From the IMG/VR virus record IMGVR_UViG_3300035187_003564, positions 1-33,495 of that record: DNA of 33,495 bases; one strand, written 5' to 3'. This document shows, one piece after another, positions 25,688 through 32,915 of this stretch (the stretch's first letter is position 1; the number at the start of each line of letters is the position of its first letter). The translations under genes and the position numbers were made by a program. The notes under the pieces are model-generated. The model searched no databases. It was given only the letters and a program-made list of their open reading frames with translations, and had not been told where the DNA came from. The DNA comes from a virus. Its lineage: Duplodnaviria; Caudoviricetes.

Positions 25688-25864
25688 ATGATCACCGGTG
25701 CCCTTACCGTCCTCGGCACCCTCTTGGCGCTGGTTCTCTGGTGGCTCCAGAACCGCGGGAAAAACCGGCACGAATATCGGGACGCCATCATTGAGGCCGA
25801 GCGGCGCAAGCGGGATCAGAAGATTGATTCTTGGTGGACTAAGCGGCCTCCTGCTGGCTCTTAG
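25688..25864 (+). CDS. Putative inner-membrane spanin (58 aa, not in the ORF track)
   Basis: GGAGG SD; MITGALTVLGTLLALVLWWL TM followed by a charged helix; overlaps a lipoprotein gene. Confidence 0.6.
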   Translation: MITGALTVLGTLLALVLWWLQNRGKNRHEYRDAIIEAERRKRDQKIDSWWTKRPPAGS

Positions 25865-26078
25865 CCTTGCCGGCTGTGCCACGGTCACGCCGATTGCGGA
25901 CGGCCCGCCTCCGCGCCCGGAAACAATCGAGGCGCTCATCTACGAGTGGGACAAGATCGAAAGAAAAGAAGGCTCCGCTCCGGCCGCTTACCGCGACCAG
26001 TACGTCTCCGCGCTTAAGGCGCTATCTGCTAGCCTGGCTGAAACAGAGCGCTGGCGGCACCGGGCCGAAAGCAAATGA
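25824..26078 (+). CDS. Putative outer-membrane spanin lipoprotein
   Basis: Signal peptide with lipobox LAGC and a Pro-rich linker; TTG start inside the i-spanin gene (start uncertain). Confidence 0.65.
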   Translation: MILGGLSGLLLALSLAGCATVTPIADGPPPRPETIEALIYEWDKIERKEGSAPAAYRDQYVSALKALSASLAETERWRHRAESK

Positions 26079-26635
26079 CCTGGCGGCAGATTGTTGACCG
26101 CAGCGAGGGCCACATCGCCAAGCTGGCTCCGGGATTCCGGGAGCGGGTGGCCAAGTGGTATCAAGAGCTGACCGCTAAGCGGATCCCGGTGCTGATCTAC
26201 TGCTCAGTAAGGACACCGGCGGAACAGGATGAGCTCTACGCCCAGGGCCGGACTAGGAAGGGAACCAAGGTGACCAACGCCAAGGGCACGCCCGTGGCCC
26301 AGTCGTTCCACTGCTACGCCCGGGCGATCGATGCGGTGCCCTGCGCCAACACGGCCGCCGGTGGATACACCCCCAGCTGGGATGACGAAAAAACGTACCA
26401 GCTTCTGCGCAACTGCGCCGAAAAGTATGACCTCCGCTGGCTTTCGTTTGAGACTCCCCATTTCGAGGACGGTACTTTTAAAGACTGGCGGGCCTTGAGC
26501 CTGTCGAAGGGGGAGCACGACGGCCCCGGCACCCGGATCGCGGAAAAGAACCGGCAAAAGATGCAGGCCGAAAACAGCCCCGTGTCCAGCGGCAGTACGA
26601 AGCAGGTTCGTAAGGTAAGGATCCGCAAGCCATGA
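26075..26635 (+). CDS. Endolysin, peptidase M15 family (L-Ala-D-Glu peptidase-like)
   Basis: RTPAEQDELYAQGRT, VTNAKG, SFHCYARAID, ETPHFE. Confidence 0.9.
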   Translation: MTWRQIVDRSEGHIAKLAPGFRERVAKWYQELTAKRIPVLIYCSVRTPAEQDELYAQGRTRKGTKVTNAKGTPVAQSFHCYARAIDAVPCANTAAGGYTPSWDDEKTYQLLRNCAEKYDLRWLSFETPHFEDGTFKDWRALSLSKGEHDGPGTRIAEKNRQKMQAENSPVSSGSTKQVRKVRIRKP

Positions 26636-26970
26636 CGCACGGCGTTACACCCCCGATGTCCAAGGAGCATGAGCTGCACCTGGCCTCCATCATGGAGGCG
26701 TTCATCAAGGACTTTTCCAAGAAGTACCGCAAGGGGCAGGCGGAGCACGGAGGAGCCCTCTGGATGCGGCCGTGCTGGGCCGATGCGATCAGCGAGGTGC
26801 TGGATTTGGTATCGTATGTTTACACCCATAAGGTCCAGCTTTCCGTCATTGCCGATCTGGCGCTGAAGGGGGCGGAGGACAAGACCGTGGCTGCGGCGGA
26901 CGCAAGGGAGAGCTGCGTGAGGATACTGCAAGTGCTCCAAGGGCTTCCGGGTTACGAGGACAAAAAGTAA
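26632..26970 (+). CDS. All-alpha NTP pyrophosphohydrolase-like protein
   Basis: KYRKGQAEHGG...DAISEVLDLVSY resembles the MazG-like ExxD helix pattern. Confidence 0.4.
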   Translation: MTHGVTPPMSKEHELHLASIMEAFIKDFSKKYRKGQAEHGGALWMRPCWADAISEVLDLVSYVYTHKVQLSVIADLALKGAEDKTVAAADARESCVRILQVLQGLPGYEDKK

Positions 26971-26986
26971 GAAGGCTCCTAAGCCT

Positions 26987-26992
26987 TTGACA
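26987..26992 (+). promoter_or_regulatory. TTGACA late-gene motif, 14 nt before ATG 27007
   Basis: Intergenic; repeated motif. Confidence 0.7.
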
Positions 26993-27006
26993 CATACGGC
27001 GTAGCA

Positions 27007-27804
27007 ATGGCCCGCATTTTACTGGTCGTCAGTGACCTGCACTGTGGATCCGAGGTGGGGCTTATGCCGCCCGACACCACCGTCCGCACCGGGAACAAAA
27101 TCTCCTTTGGCGGGAACGTGCACCAGGAGTGGCTGTGGGCGTGCTGGACGGACCTACAGGCGCAGTTTGCCCGGATCCGCGGCAAGGATAAGTATGCCCT
27201 CCTGCTCAACGGGGACCTCACGGAAGGCATCCACCACAAATCTATCGAAAGCCTTACGCAATCCATCGAGGATCACGCCAATATGGCGATCGAGGCCGTG
27301 GGCGGTCTGGCGGCCAAGGCCCAAAAGACCTTCGTCACGCTGGGCACGGAGGTTCATACCGGCCTCATCGAGCACTACATCGCCAAAAAGATCGGGGCCG
27401 AGGGCAAGGGGGCAAAGGCCAAGTGGCTTTTCCGTATGGCCGGATGTCTGGTGGATGCCACCCACCACATCGGCGTGACCAGCCGCGCCTACTTGGAGGC
27501 GACCAGCCTTTCGATCACTATGGGCAACGCCCGCCTCAACAGCATGCGCTGTGGTCAGGAGCCGGCCCGGATCTACCTCCGCGGCCACCGGCACACCGGG
27601 GGCTGGTTCTCGGACGGGCAGGGGATGATCGGCGTCACCGGCGGATGGCAGTTTTTGACCCGCTACGGCCGGAAGGTCGTGCCGGACGCCATCCCCAGGC
27701 CCAGCGCCATGGTGCTGGACTGGCGACGTAAGCGGGACGGAGAGCTGCCGGAAGTGACGGAGATTGTGTTCACGCCCGATCAGGATGAAATCACCACAGT
27801 ATAA
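27007..27804 (+). CDS. Calcineurin-like metallophosphoesterase
   Basis: SDLHCG, NGD, GTEVH, HH, GHRH motifs. Confidence 0.8.
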   Translation: MARILLVVSDLHCGSEVGLMPPDTTVRTGNKISFGGNVHQEWLWACWTDLQAQFARIRGKDKYALLLNGDLTEGIHHKSIESLTQSIEDHANMAIEAVGGLAAKAQKTFVTLGTEVHTGLIEHYIAKKIGAEGKGAKAKWLFRMAGCLVDATHHIGVTSRAYLEATSLSITMGNARLNSMRCGQEPARIYLRGHRHTGGWFSDGQGMIGVTGGWQFLTRYGRKVVPDAIPRPSAMVLDWRRKRDGELPEVTEIVFTPDQDEITTV

Positions 27805-28069
27805 GCCGGAGGACCTACAGGCCAGCGCTTGGCGGGCTGCCTTTAAAAAGGTGAACCAAAGCCAAGCGGAGGTGATTCCGCCGGGCTGGCATACGCCGGA
27901 TGAAATTGCGGAGAAGCTGGGGTACTGCAAAGAGGTGGCCATGCAGAAGTGCCGTGAGATGGCCAAGGTGGGAATGGTGGAGCGGCGGGATTTTAAGGTG
28001 GCGTGGGGCCACATCGTGCGGCCGCGCCCCCACTATCGCCTAATCAAAAAGAGCGCAAAAAGCGCCTAA
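27785..28069 (+). CDS. Winged-HTH protein
   Basis: PPGWHTPDEIAEKLG...GMVERRDF...HYRL. Confidence 0.6.
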   Translation: MKSPQYKPEDLQASAWRAAFKKVNQSQAEVIPPGWHTPDEIAEKLGYCKEVAMQKCREMAKVGMVERRDFKVAWGHIVRPRPHYRLIKKSAKSA

Positions 28070-28125
28070 AAGCTCCGCGGTGATCCGCGCAAGCCTGTCC
28101 TGTTTGGGACGTTTTTACTCTGTAT

Positions 28126-28186
28126 ATTCACAAATTTGTATAAATTTCTTGTGAATTAACCCATTTGTTGGGTTGATAATGTCGGC
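28126..28186 (+). promoter_or_regulatory. AT-rich promoter with palindromic operators, likely leaderless
   Basis: GATAAT at 28175-28180, 6 nt before ATG 28187; AACCCA-N5-TGGGTT at 28158-28174; ATTCACAA/TTGTGAAT at 28126-28156. Confidence 0.55.
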
Positions 28187-28462
28187 ATGAAAACACAAGA
28201 AATCGAACAGCCTAGAATCGGTTACTGTGGAATCGACGATCGGCATCTCCTAGCAGTGTTGGGGGAGATTCTGGTCAATAGCCGGATCCCGGACGGAACG
28301 CCGGATCACGAAAAGGAAATCATCCGCTGGCTCCTCGCCTATGAGTATGAGGGGGACGACGGCCGGAAATCCTACCACCTGAGCGTGCGGGGCCATCTGG
28401 TCTACGACCTGCTGGCCAGCGTGGGCGCAAGCCAGTGGGAGGCCGGTCGTGAGGAATGGTGA
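28187..28462 (+). CDS. Small hypothetical protein, paralog 1 of 3 (winged-helix wing motif)
   Basis: YHLSVRGHLVYDLL. Confidence 0.65.
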   Translation: MKTQEIEQPRIGYCGIDDRHLLAVLGEILVNSRIPDGTPDHEKEIIRWLLAYEYEGDDGRKSYHLSVRGHLVYDLLASVGASQWEAGREEW

Positions 28463-28718
28463 CCGGCGCTGCTACTGCCGCCGCCATGCGGACCTTGGCC
28501 GGATCCGGGAGATCCTGAGCCATGTCCTTGTGTGCCGTGAGTTGCCGGAGTTTATGACCATCCGGGAGCGCAGTTTGGTGTTGCGCAGTTTGGTCATGCA
28601 CGTCCCACACGGCAACGGCTTCGGCTGCCCCACCTACTGCCTGACCTGGCGGGGTCAGGAGGTGCTACTGGAGCTGGATACGAATCGAACCACCAAGCGA
28701 AAGGAGGCGGTTAAATGA
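28449..28718 (+). CDS. Small hypothetical protein, paralog 2 of 3
   Basis: YCLTWRGQEVLLEL; GGAGG upstream. Confidence 0.65.
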   Translation: MRNGDRRCYCRRHADLGRIREILSHVLVCRELPEFMTIRERSLVLRSLVMHVPHGNGFGCPTYCLTWRGQEVLLELDTNRTTKRKEAVK

Positions 28719-28984
28719 AACAACGCATCATGGAATTGATCCAACCATCCACCCCGCAAAGCTACGGGAACATGACTCAGCAGAGGCTCCAGCACGTCCT
28801 CAACTACGTGCTCAAGTGGTCGTACCTTCCCGACGACATCACCCACGAGGAGCAGGTGGCGATCCTTTATGAGCTGGTGAATCCGATCGAAACCGAGAAC
28901 GGCGAGGAGATCCATCGGCTCACCGAGGACGGGGAAAAGCTGCTTTGCTATTTCCTGTTCGGCCCCTGGACGACGCAGATTTAG
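28715..28984 (+). CDS. Small hypothetical protein, paralog 3 of 3
   Basis: HRLTEDGEKLL; AGGAGG SD; ATGA overlap. Confidence 0.65.
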   Translation: MKQRIMELIQPSTPQSYGNMTQQRLQHVLNYVLKWSYLPDDITHEEQVAILYELVNPIETENGEEIHRLTEDGEKLLCYFLFGPWTTQI

Positions 28985-29154
28985 TCCTTTAGCCGGCCCT
29001 TCCAGTTCGTGTTGCCCTTGGGGGCCCCGCCTTTGCGGGCGTTGCGGGCCGCTGCCTTGGCCTTGCGCCTGGACTTAACCCGGCCGAGGGCGCGATAGAA
29101 CAGCTCCGGCGGCACTGGCTGCTGGCAGGTGGGGCAGATGACCTTGGCGGGCAC
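28981..29154 (-). CDS. Small basic putative DNA-binding protein (CxxC plus KAxAARxNAxKGGxP motif)
   Basis: CPTC...KSRRKAKAAARNARKGGAPKG; GTG 29154 preceded by TTGACC-N16-AAGGAT. Confidence 0.6.
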   Translation of the reverse strand: MPAKVICPTCQQPVPPELFYRALGRVKSRRKAKAAARNARKGGAPKGNTNWKGRLKD

Positions 29155-29183
29155 GCGGTATCCTTGCCCACAAAAAAGGCGGG

Positions 29184-29414
29184 TCAATCCTCAGGTTGAT
29201 GGCCGTAGGCTTTAAGAAGCTGCCGCAAAAGCATGTTCGTCCGGCGTGTCTCCACCAGCTGCTCGTCAGCCTTGCCTCGCAGATCCTGCAAAAGGTGGCG
29301 GCACTTGTAGACGTAGTAGGGCATGAGCACAGCCATGACGGCCAGGACAACTAAGCCAAAGAGAATTGGCAGAAAAAACAGTGTCCACGCCCCGTCAGCC
29401 GCTTCGGCAATCAT
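29184..29414 (-). CDS. Small membrane protein, possible superinfection exclusion factor
   Basis: One long TM segment plus coiled-coil; ATGA-coupled to the RHH repressor gene. Confidence 0.55.
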   Translation of the reverse strand: MIAEAADGAWTLFFLPILFGLVVLAVMAVLMPYYVYKCRHLLQDLRGKADEQLVETRRTNMLLRQLLKAYGHQPED

Positions 29415-29620
29415 ATCCCTTTTGTCCTAGTTTTTGCCCGTGACCGAAGGACCGCATATTTCGCAGGGGTCTCGTGGAGGGCGTTTCCCAGGTTAACCTC
29501 CCTTACCAAAAGCATGGTGACCAAGGCAGACAGGCTGACGCCCGTTCTTTTCGCGTGGCCTTCCGCCCTCCGCTTGACGACAGGATCGATGGTTAAGGTT
29601 GTCTTTTCCTTTTTCAGCAT
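29411..29620 (-). CDS. Ribbon-helix-helix repressor (leftward)
   Basis: KTTLTID-PVVKRRAEGHAKRTGVSLSALVTMLL, a typical RHH strand-helix-helix pattern. Confidence 0.8.
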   Translation of the reverse strand: MLKKEKTTLTIDPVVKRRAEGHAKRTGVSLSALVTMLLVREVNLGNALHETPAKYAVLRSRAKTRTKGI

Positions 29621-29716
29621 ATCAACGGTACGTATAAAATACGTATCCAGTCAAGGGCTCAAAAAAAAATTACAAAAAGGTCTTGCCAACACGTATACCA
29701 TACGTATTCAAGACGC
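29621..29716. promoter_or_regulatory. Divergent sigma70-type promoters with twin operators
   Basis: ACGTAT at 29630/29641 and 29691/29702; leftward TTGACT-N18-TACCGT; rightward TTGCCA-N16-TATTCA. Confidence 0.75.
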
Positions 29717-29884
29717 GTGGCACGAGGAACCCTAAACGGCAGGCGGGCGGAAAAAACCACGCTGACCATTCCTGCCTCGGTAAAAAAATCGGCTTTCCGT
29801 CATGCCGCTAAAAAAAGAATTTCGTTAAGCCAGCTCGTCACTCATCTCATCGCACGCGAGGTGGGGAATGGAAAAACAAGCTAG
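29717..29884 (+). CDS. Ribbon-helix-helix protein (rightward paralog, 55 aa, not in the ORF track)
   Basis: MARGTLNGRRAEKTTLTIPASVKKSAFRHAAKKRISLSQLVTHLIAREVGNGKTS. Confidence 0.8.
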   Translation: MARGTLNGRRAEKTTLTIPASVKKSAFRHAAKKRISLSQLVTHLIAREVGNGKTS

Positions 29885-29890
29885 TTGTTT

Positions 29891-30274
29891 ATGACCTCGG
29901 GGGCTTTCAACGGTGACGGTGCCATGGGAAACGGGAGGCCCCCGCATGCGGAATATCTCTCTGCCGCTCTGGCGAAGCGCGCTTTTAACCAGGCGATGAA
30001 ACTGAAAGAGCTGGCGGCAGCTTACGGGATTGCCTACGGCAAGATGCGCCGGATGTCTTTGGAGCCTGGGTTCCCCATCGTGCTGGGCGTGGTAGTGCCG
30101 GGGGATTTTGACCGCTGGCGGGCGGAGGCGGCTGGCCGGCGTCCACAAACCGGCGCAAATCCTCTACCTCGTGCCGGACGTACATCTCGTGAACTAGCTC
30201 TGAACCGTGGTTTAACAGCCGCATGGCCGCACCTATTGGCACACCTGCCCGGCGCAGATTCGACGCGCGCGTAA
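29891..30274 (+). CDS. Putative excisionase (AlpA/Xis-like HTH); start uncertain
   Basis: MKLKELAAAYGIAYGKMRRM...GFP...DFDRWR; converges on the integrase. Confidence 0.55.
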   Translation: MTSGAFNGDGAMGNGRPPHAEYLSAALAKRAFNQAMKLKELAAAYGIAYGKMRRMSLEPGFPIVLGVVVPGDFDRWRAEAAGRRPQTGANPLPRAGRTSRELALNRGLTAAWPHLLAHLPGADSTRA

Positions 30275-31145
30275 CCCGGAGGCAGTGAAAACAGTGCAAA
30301 TACAGCCCCAGCCTATCAAAGACCGGTCGGAAGTAGGTGGACGCCTTGGCCGGCAGACGGCAGGTGATCGGCAGCCCAGCCTTTTTCATCGCCGTAAGCA
30401 TCGGCCGCAAGGTGGCCGGGATGGGCACGGTGAAGGATTTGGCCGCCCCGCCTTTGGGGGAGGGAAATGTGATCGTTCCGTTATCCAAGTCGACACAGCG
30501 CAGGGGGATTTGGGTTTCCGCCAAGCGACAGCCTGTGGCCAAGGAAATCTCGAAGGCCACGCGCATCCACTCCTTTCCGGCCGGCAGATTGGCCAAGGCA
30601 ATGCGGACGCGGTCAATCTGTTCCGGGGTAAAGACCGGCTTAATCCGGCGCGGCTCGGCGTATTTAAGGCGGTAGTCGTCCAGCTCTCGGGTATGGATGC
30701 GGCCCAGCAGCCGGCCCTGCCGGTGGATCCATTTCATAATTTTAATATCTCGCAGGGCTTGGTTTCGATGGACGGACCGGCCGGAGACCCGCCGGTCTGG
30801 AGAGATGCGCCACGGGATATACATCTCTGCCATCGCCGGGGTGAACTGCTCGGAGGTGATGCCTTGCTCCGTCATGAACAGCTGCAGCCAACGCCAGGAG
30901 TTTCGGTAATGGATCATGGTGGAGTGCACGGCGGGGTAGCTCTGAATATGCGGCAGGATCCAGTCGTCCCGGGCCACCGGCCGCTTTTCGCGTACCGAAA
31001 GGCCGGCTGCTTCCTCAATGGCTCGGGCCCGGTGAAGGGGATTACCTACCAACCAGCGCGTGCCCTTGGATCGCCACTGTCCGGTAGGGGATTTGAACCG
31101 CAGCCAGTACCAAGGCGAGTCTTTCCTGGCAAAAATCGAAGCCAT
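29985..31145 (-). CDS. int: Tyrosine integrase
   Basis: Catalytic set TGCRLAE (R), SPKGG (K), FHCLR (HxxR), LNH (H), EMY (Y); N-terminal arm-binding-like SPWYWLRF. Confidence 0.93.
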   Translation of the reverse strand: MASIFARKDSPWYWLRFKSPTGQWRSKGTRWLVGNPLHRARAIEEAAGLSVREKRPVARDDWILPHIQSYPAVHSTMIHYRNSWRWLQLFMTEQGITSEQFTPAMAEMYIPWRISPDRRVSGRSVHRNQALRDIKIMKWIHRQGRLLGRIHTRELDDYRLKYAEPRRIKPVFTPEQIDRVRIALANLPAGKEWMRVAFEISLATGCRLAETQIPLRCVDLDNGTITFPSPKGGAAKSFTVPIPATLRPMLTAMKKAGLPITCRLPAKASTYFRPVFDRLGLYLHCFHCLRVTRASNLRRAGVPIGAAMRLLNHGSELVHEMYVRHEVEDLRRFVDAGQPPPPASGQNPPALPRPARWGTQAPKTSGASCRRQSRKLPPALSVSSPG

Positions 31146-31196
31146 CGGACAAGCGTATCAAATCGCTTGAATCCGCAAGATAAATAAGAGAACCCG

Positions 31197-31592
31197 ATGG
31201 AACTAATTAACCAAAACAACTCTTATCATCGTCCTCGGGGGTTCAAATCCCTCCACTGCCACGGTTGGAATGACAGGAAGTTACGCAAGAGACGTGACAA
31301 CAGCGTAACAAACGAGATTCATGACGGCGGATTTCGCCTCCTAATCGTCGCGCTCTGTGCGCGCGCGTTTATCGACCGCCGCCTGTTTGGCCTACGCAAA
31401 CCGGTGCCGTGTGTCCGGATCCAGAAAGAGTCTTTAACGGACCTGGAGTACTTCATTCATCGCATTGCACCAGCCCTCTGGGACATGGCGGGGCTGTGCC
31501 GCCTTAACGGTGACTATGCGCTGCGCCGCTGCCGCCAGCCGGCCAAGGGCTTCCCTGTAACGATTGGACTAACCACAGGAGGTACAGCATGA
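31197..31592 (+). CDS. Hypothetical protein whose 5' end spans the putative attP
   Basis: 131 aa ORF, ATGA-coupled to the downstream early operon. Confidence 0.5.
   Translation: MELINQNNSYHRPRGFKSLHCHGWNDRKLRKRRDNSVTNEIHDGGFRLLIVALCARAFIDRRLFGLRKPVPCVRIQKESLTDLEYFIHRIAPALWDMAGLCRLNGDYALRRCRQPAKGFPVTIGLTTGGTA
31220..31261 (+). other. Putative attP core: 3' portion of a tRNA gene
   Basis: T-arm GGGGG-TTCAAAT-CCCTC (31237-31253), 7-nt acceptor strand CACTGCC and discriminator A; no 5' half; adjacent to int; flanking repeats AGCGTAWCAAA at 31152 and 31302 and CGTGACAA at 31293. Confidence 0.7.
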
Positions 31593-31741
31593 CGTGGGAA
31601 ATCATAAAAAACATGGCCCAGCTGGTGGCGATTGCCACGGGATGGGCCCTAATTGTCGGCGCGGCTTGGGGGCTTATTGCTTTTGCCTTTTCTTTTGCCG
31701 CCTGGGCAATCCGTAAAACCATTGAGGAGGCCCGCAAATGA
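31589..31741 (+). CDS. Small membrane protein (50 aa, not in the ORF track)
   Basis: AGGAGG SD; hydrophobic; ATGA overlaps on both sides. Confidence 0.65.
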   Translation: MTWEIIKNMAQLVAIATGWALIVGAAWGLIAFAFSFAAWAIRKTIEEARK

Positions 31742-31941
31742 GTAAGGCCGAAAAGCATCTGGTCATTGAAAACATGATCGCAGGACTGGTGGCCAAGTTT
31801 AACGCCACGCCGGATCTGGCGCGGCATGAACACGAAACCATGGATCCAGACGCATTGCGGGACTTAGTGGCCAAGCGGCCAGAGGAACCGGCTCCGGTGG
31901 GTTACGAGCACTTTGAACACCTGCGAGAGGAGGGAGCATGA
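31738..31941 (+). CDS. Hypothetical protein
   Basis: GAGGAGG SD; ATGA coupling. Confidence 0.65.
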   Translation: MSKAEKHLVIENMIAGLVAKFNATPDLARHEHETMDPDALRDLVAKRPEEPAPVGYEHFEHLREEGA

Positions 31942-32108
31942 GCCTGACCACTAGACTCATGGCCTTCGCCGGATTCGTGACGATTGCAGATACAGGACGG
32001 GCGGTGCACGTGATCATTGACCGGCGCAAAAAAAACGCCCGGCTTAGACCGCACGATTCGCTCCGCGGCTACTACAAAAAGCTTAAGCACGTGGAGAAGG
32101 GCCGATGA
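31938..32108 (+). CDS. Small basic hypothetical protein (56 aa, not in the ORF track)
   Basis: GGAGG SD; ATGA overlaps on both sides. Confidence 0.6.
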   Translation: MSLTTRLMAFAGFVTIADTGRAVHVIIDRRKKNARLRPHDSLRGYYKKLKHVEKGR

Positions 32109-32311
32109 TTGAGCCAACTAACGTAAGGGATTTGGAGCAGGAGGGTGTGCTCGGGAACATCAACCTATCGCAAAGCTGGAGTGCCGGGGTACAGGACGCG
32201 TTCCTCAATGCCCGGCGGGACATCTTAATTCAAGGACTGGTCGCCCGAGTGGAGCGGCTGGAGGAGGTCTTGGCGGACTTCATCAGAAAACAAAAAGGAG
32301 GGCAACCGTGA
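32105..32311 (+). CDS. Hypothetical protein with a C-terminal coiled-coil
   Basis: ATGA coupling; LVARVERLEEVL heptad. Confidence 0.6.
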   Translation: MIEPTNVRDLEQEGVLGNINLSQSWSAGVQDAFLNARRDILIQGLVARVERLEEVLADFIRKQKGGQP

Positions 32312-32406
32312 GTGAACTAGAACTAATCGTAAGACTAATCATTCCGGCCGCGGCGGTGGCGATATTCGCCATGGCATGGCCGGTAATCAAAAGCTGGGAC
32401 GTCTGA
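32308..32406 (+). CDS. Membrane peptide (32 aa, not in the ORF track)
   Basis: AAGGAGG SD; MSELELIVRLIIPAAAVAIFAMAWPVIKSWDV; GTGA and TGATG coupling. Confidence 0.55.
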   Translation: MSELELIVRLIIPAAAVAIFAMAWPVIKSWDV

Positions 32407-32915
32407 TGAGCTGGAGCGGCCCCCACTGTGATGCGGCGGAAAGGCCGGAGGCCAGCCATACCCCCGATATGGCTGCTCTTTGCGATAACCCCGTTGAAGC
32501 CCTGTACAGGGAAGCAACGGAATCGTACTCCGGTGGGGGTCTGCCCGCTTTTGAGTCTTGGCTCAAGGTAACAACGGCAGACCAAGCCAGGCAGCTGACG
32601 ATAGAAACTTTGTCCCGCGTGCTTCCGATGCTGGTGAAGCCTGGAAACGTGAGGCTGCGGGTCTACGCGCTGATGTTTGCCATTAACAGCGATGCGTTAA
32701 ACGGAGTATGGACGCAGACGGCTGCCGCAAAGGAAATGGGAGTGACGCGGGCGGCGGTAAGCAAACAGGTGCAGTGGTGGTTGGATTTCTTGGGATTCCG
32801 GCGCAACGCGCACACCAAAAGCGCTGAGGCGGTGGAGTCATATAGGACAGTGCAGCGCGAGCGGCACTGGAGGCGGCAATCAATCGGGAAAAAAGGAGAT
32901 AAAAAATGCAAATAA
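32406..32915 (+). CDS. HTH protein with a sigma70 region 4-like helix-turn-helix
   Basis: WTQTAAAKEMGVTRAAVSKQV. Confidence 0.6.
   Translation: MSWSGPHCDAAERPEASHTPDMAALCDNPVEALYREATESYSGGGLPAFESWLKVTTADQARQLTIETLSRVLPMLVKPGNVRLRVYALMFAINSDALNGVWTQTAAAKEMGVTRAAVSKQVQWWLDFLGFRRNAHTKSAEAVESYRTVQRERHWRRQSIGKKGDKKCK

Noticed and set aside
31190-31265. Complete tRNA gene
   Set aside because: Only the T-arm and 3' acceptor strand are present; there is no D-arm or pairing 5' strand, so it is treated as attP
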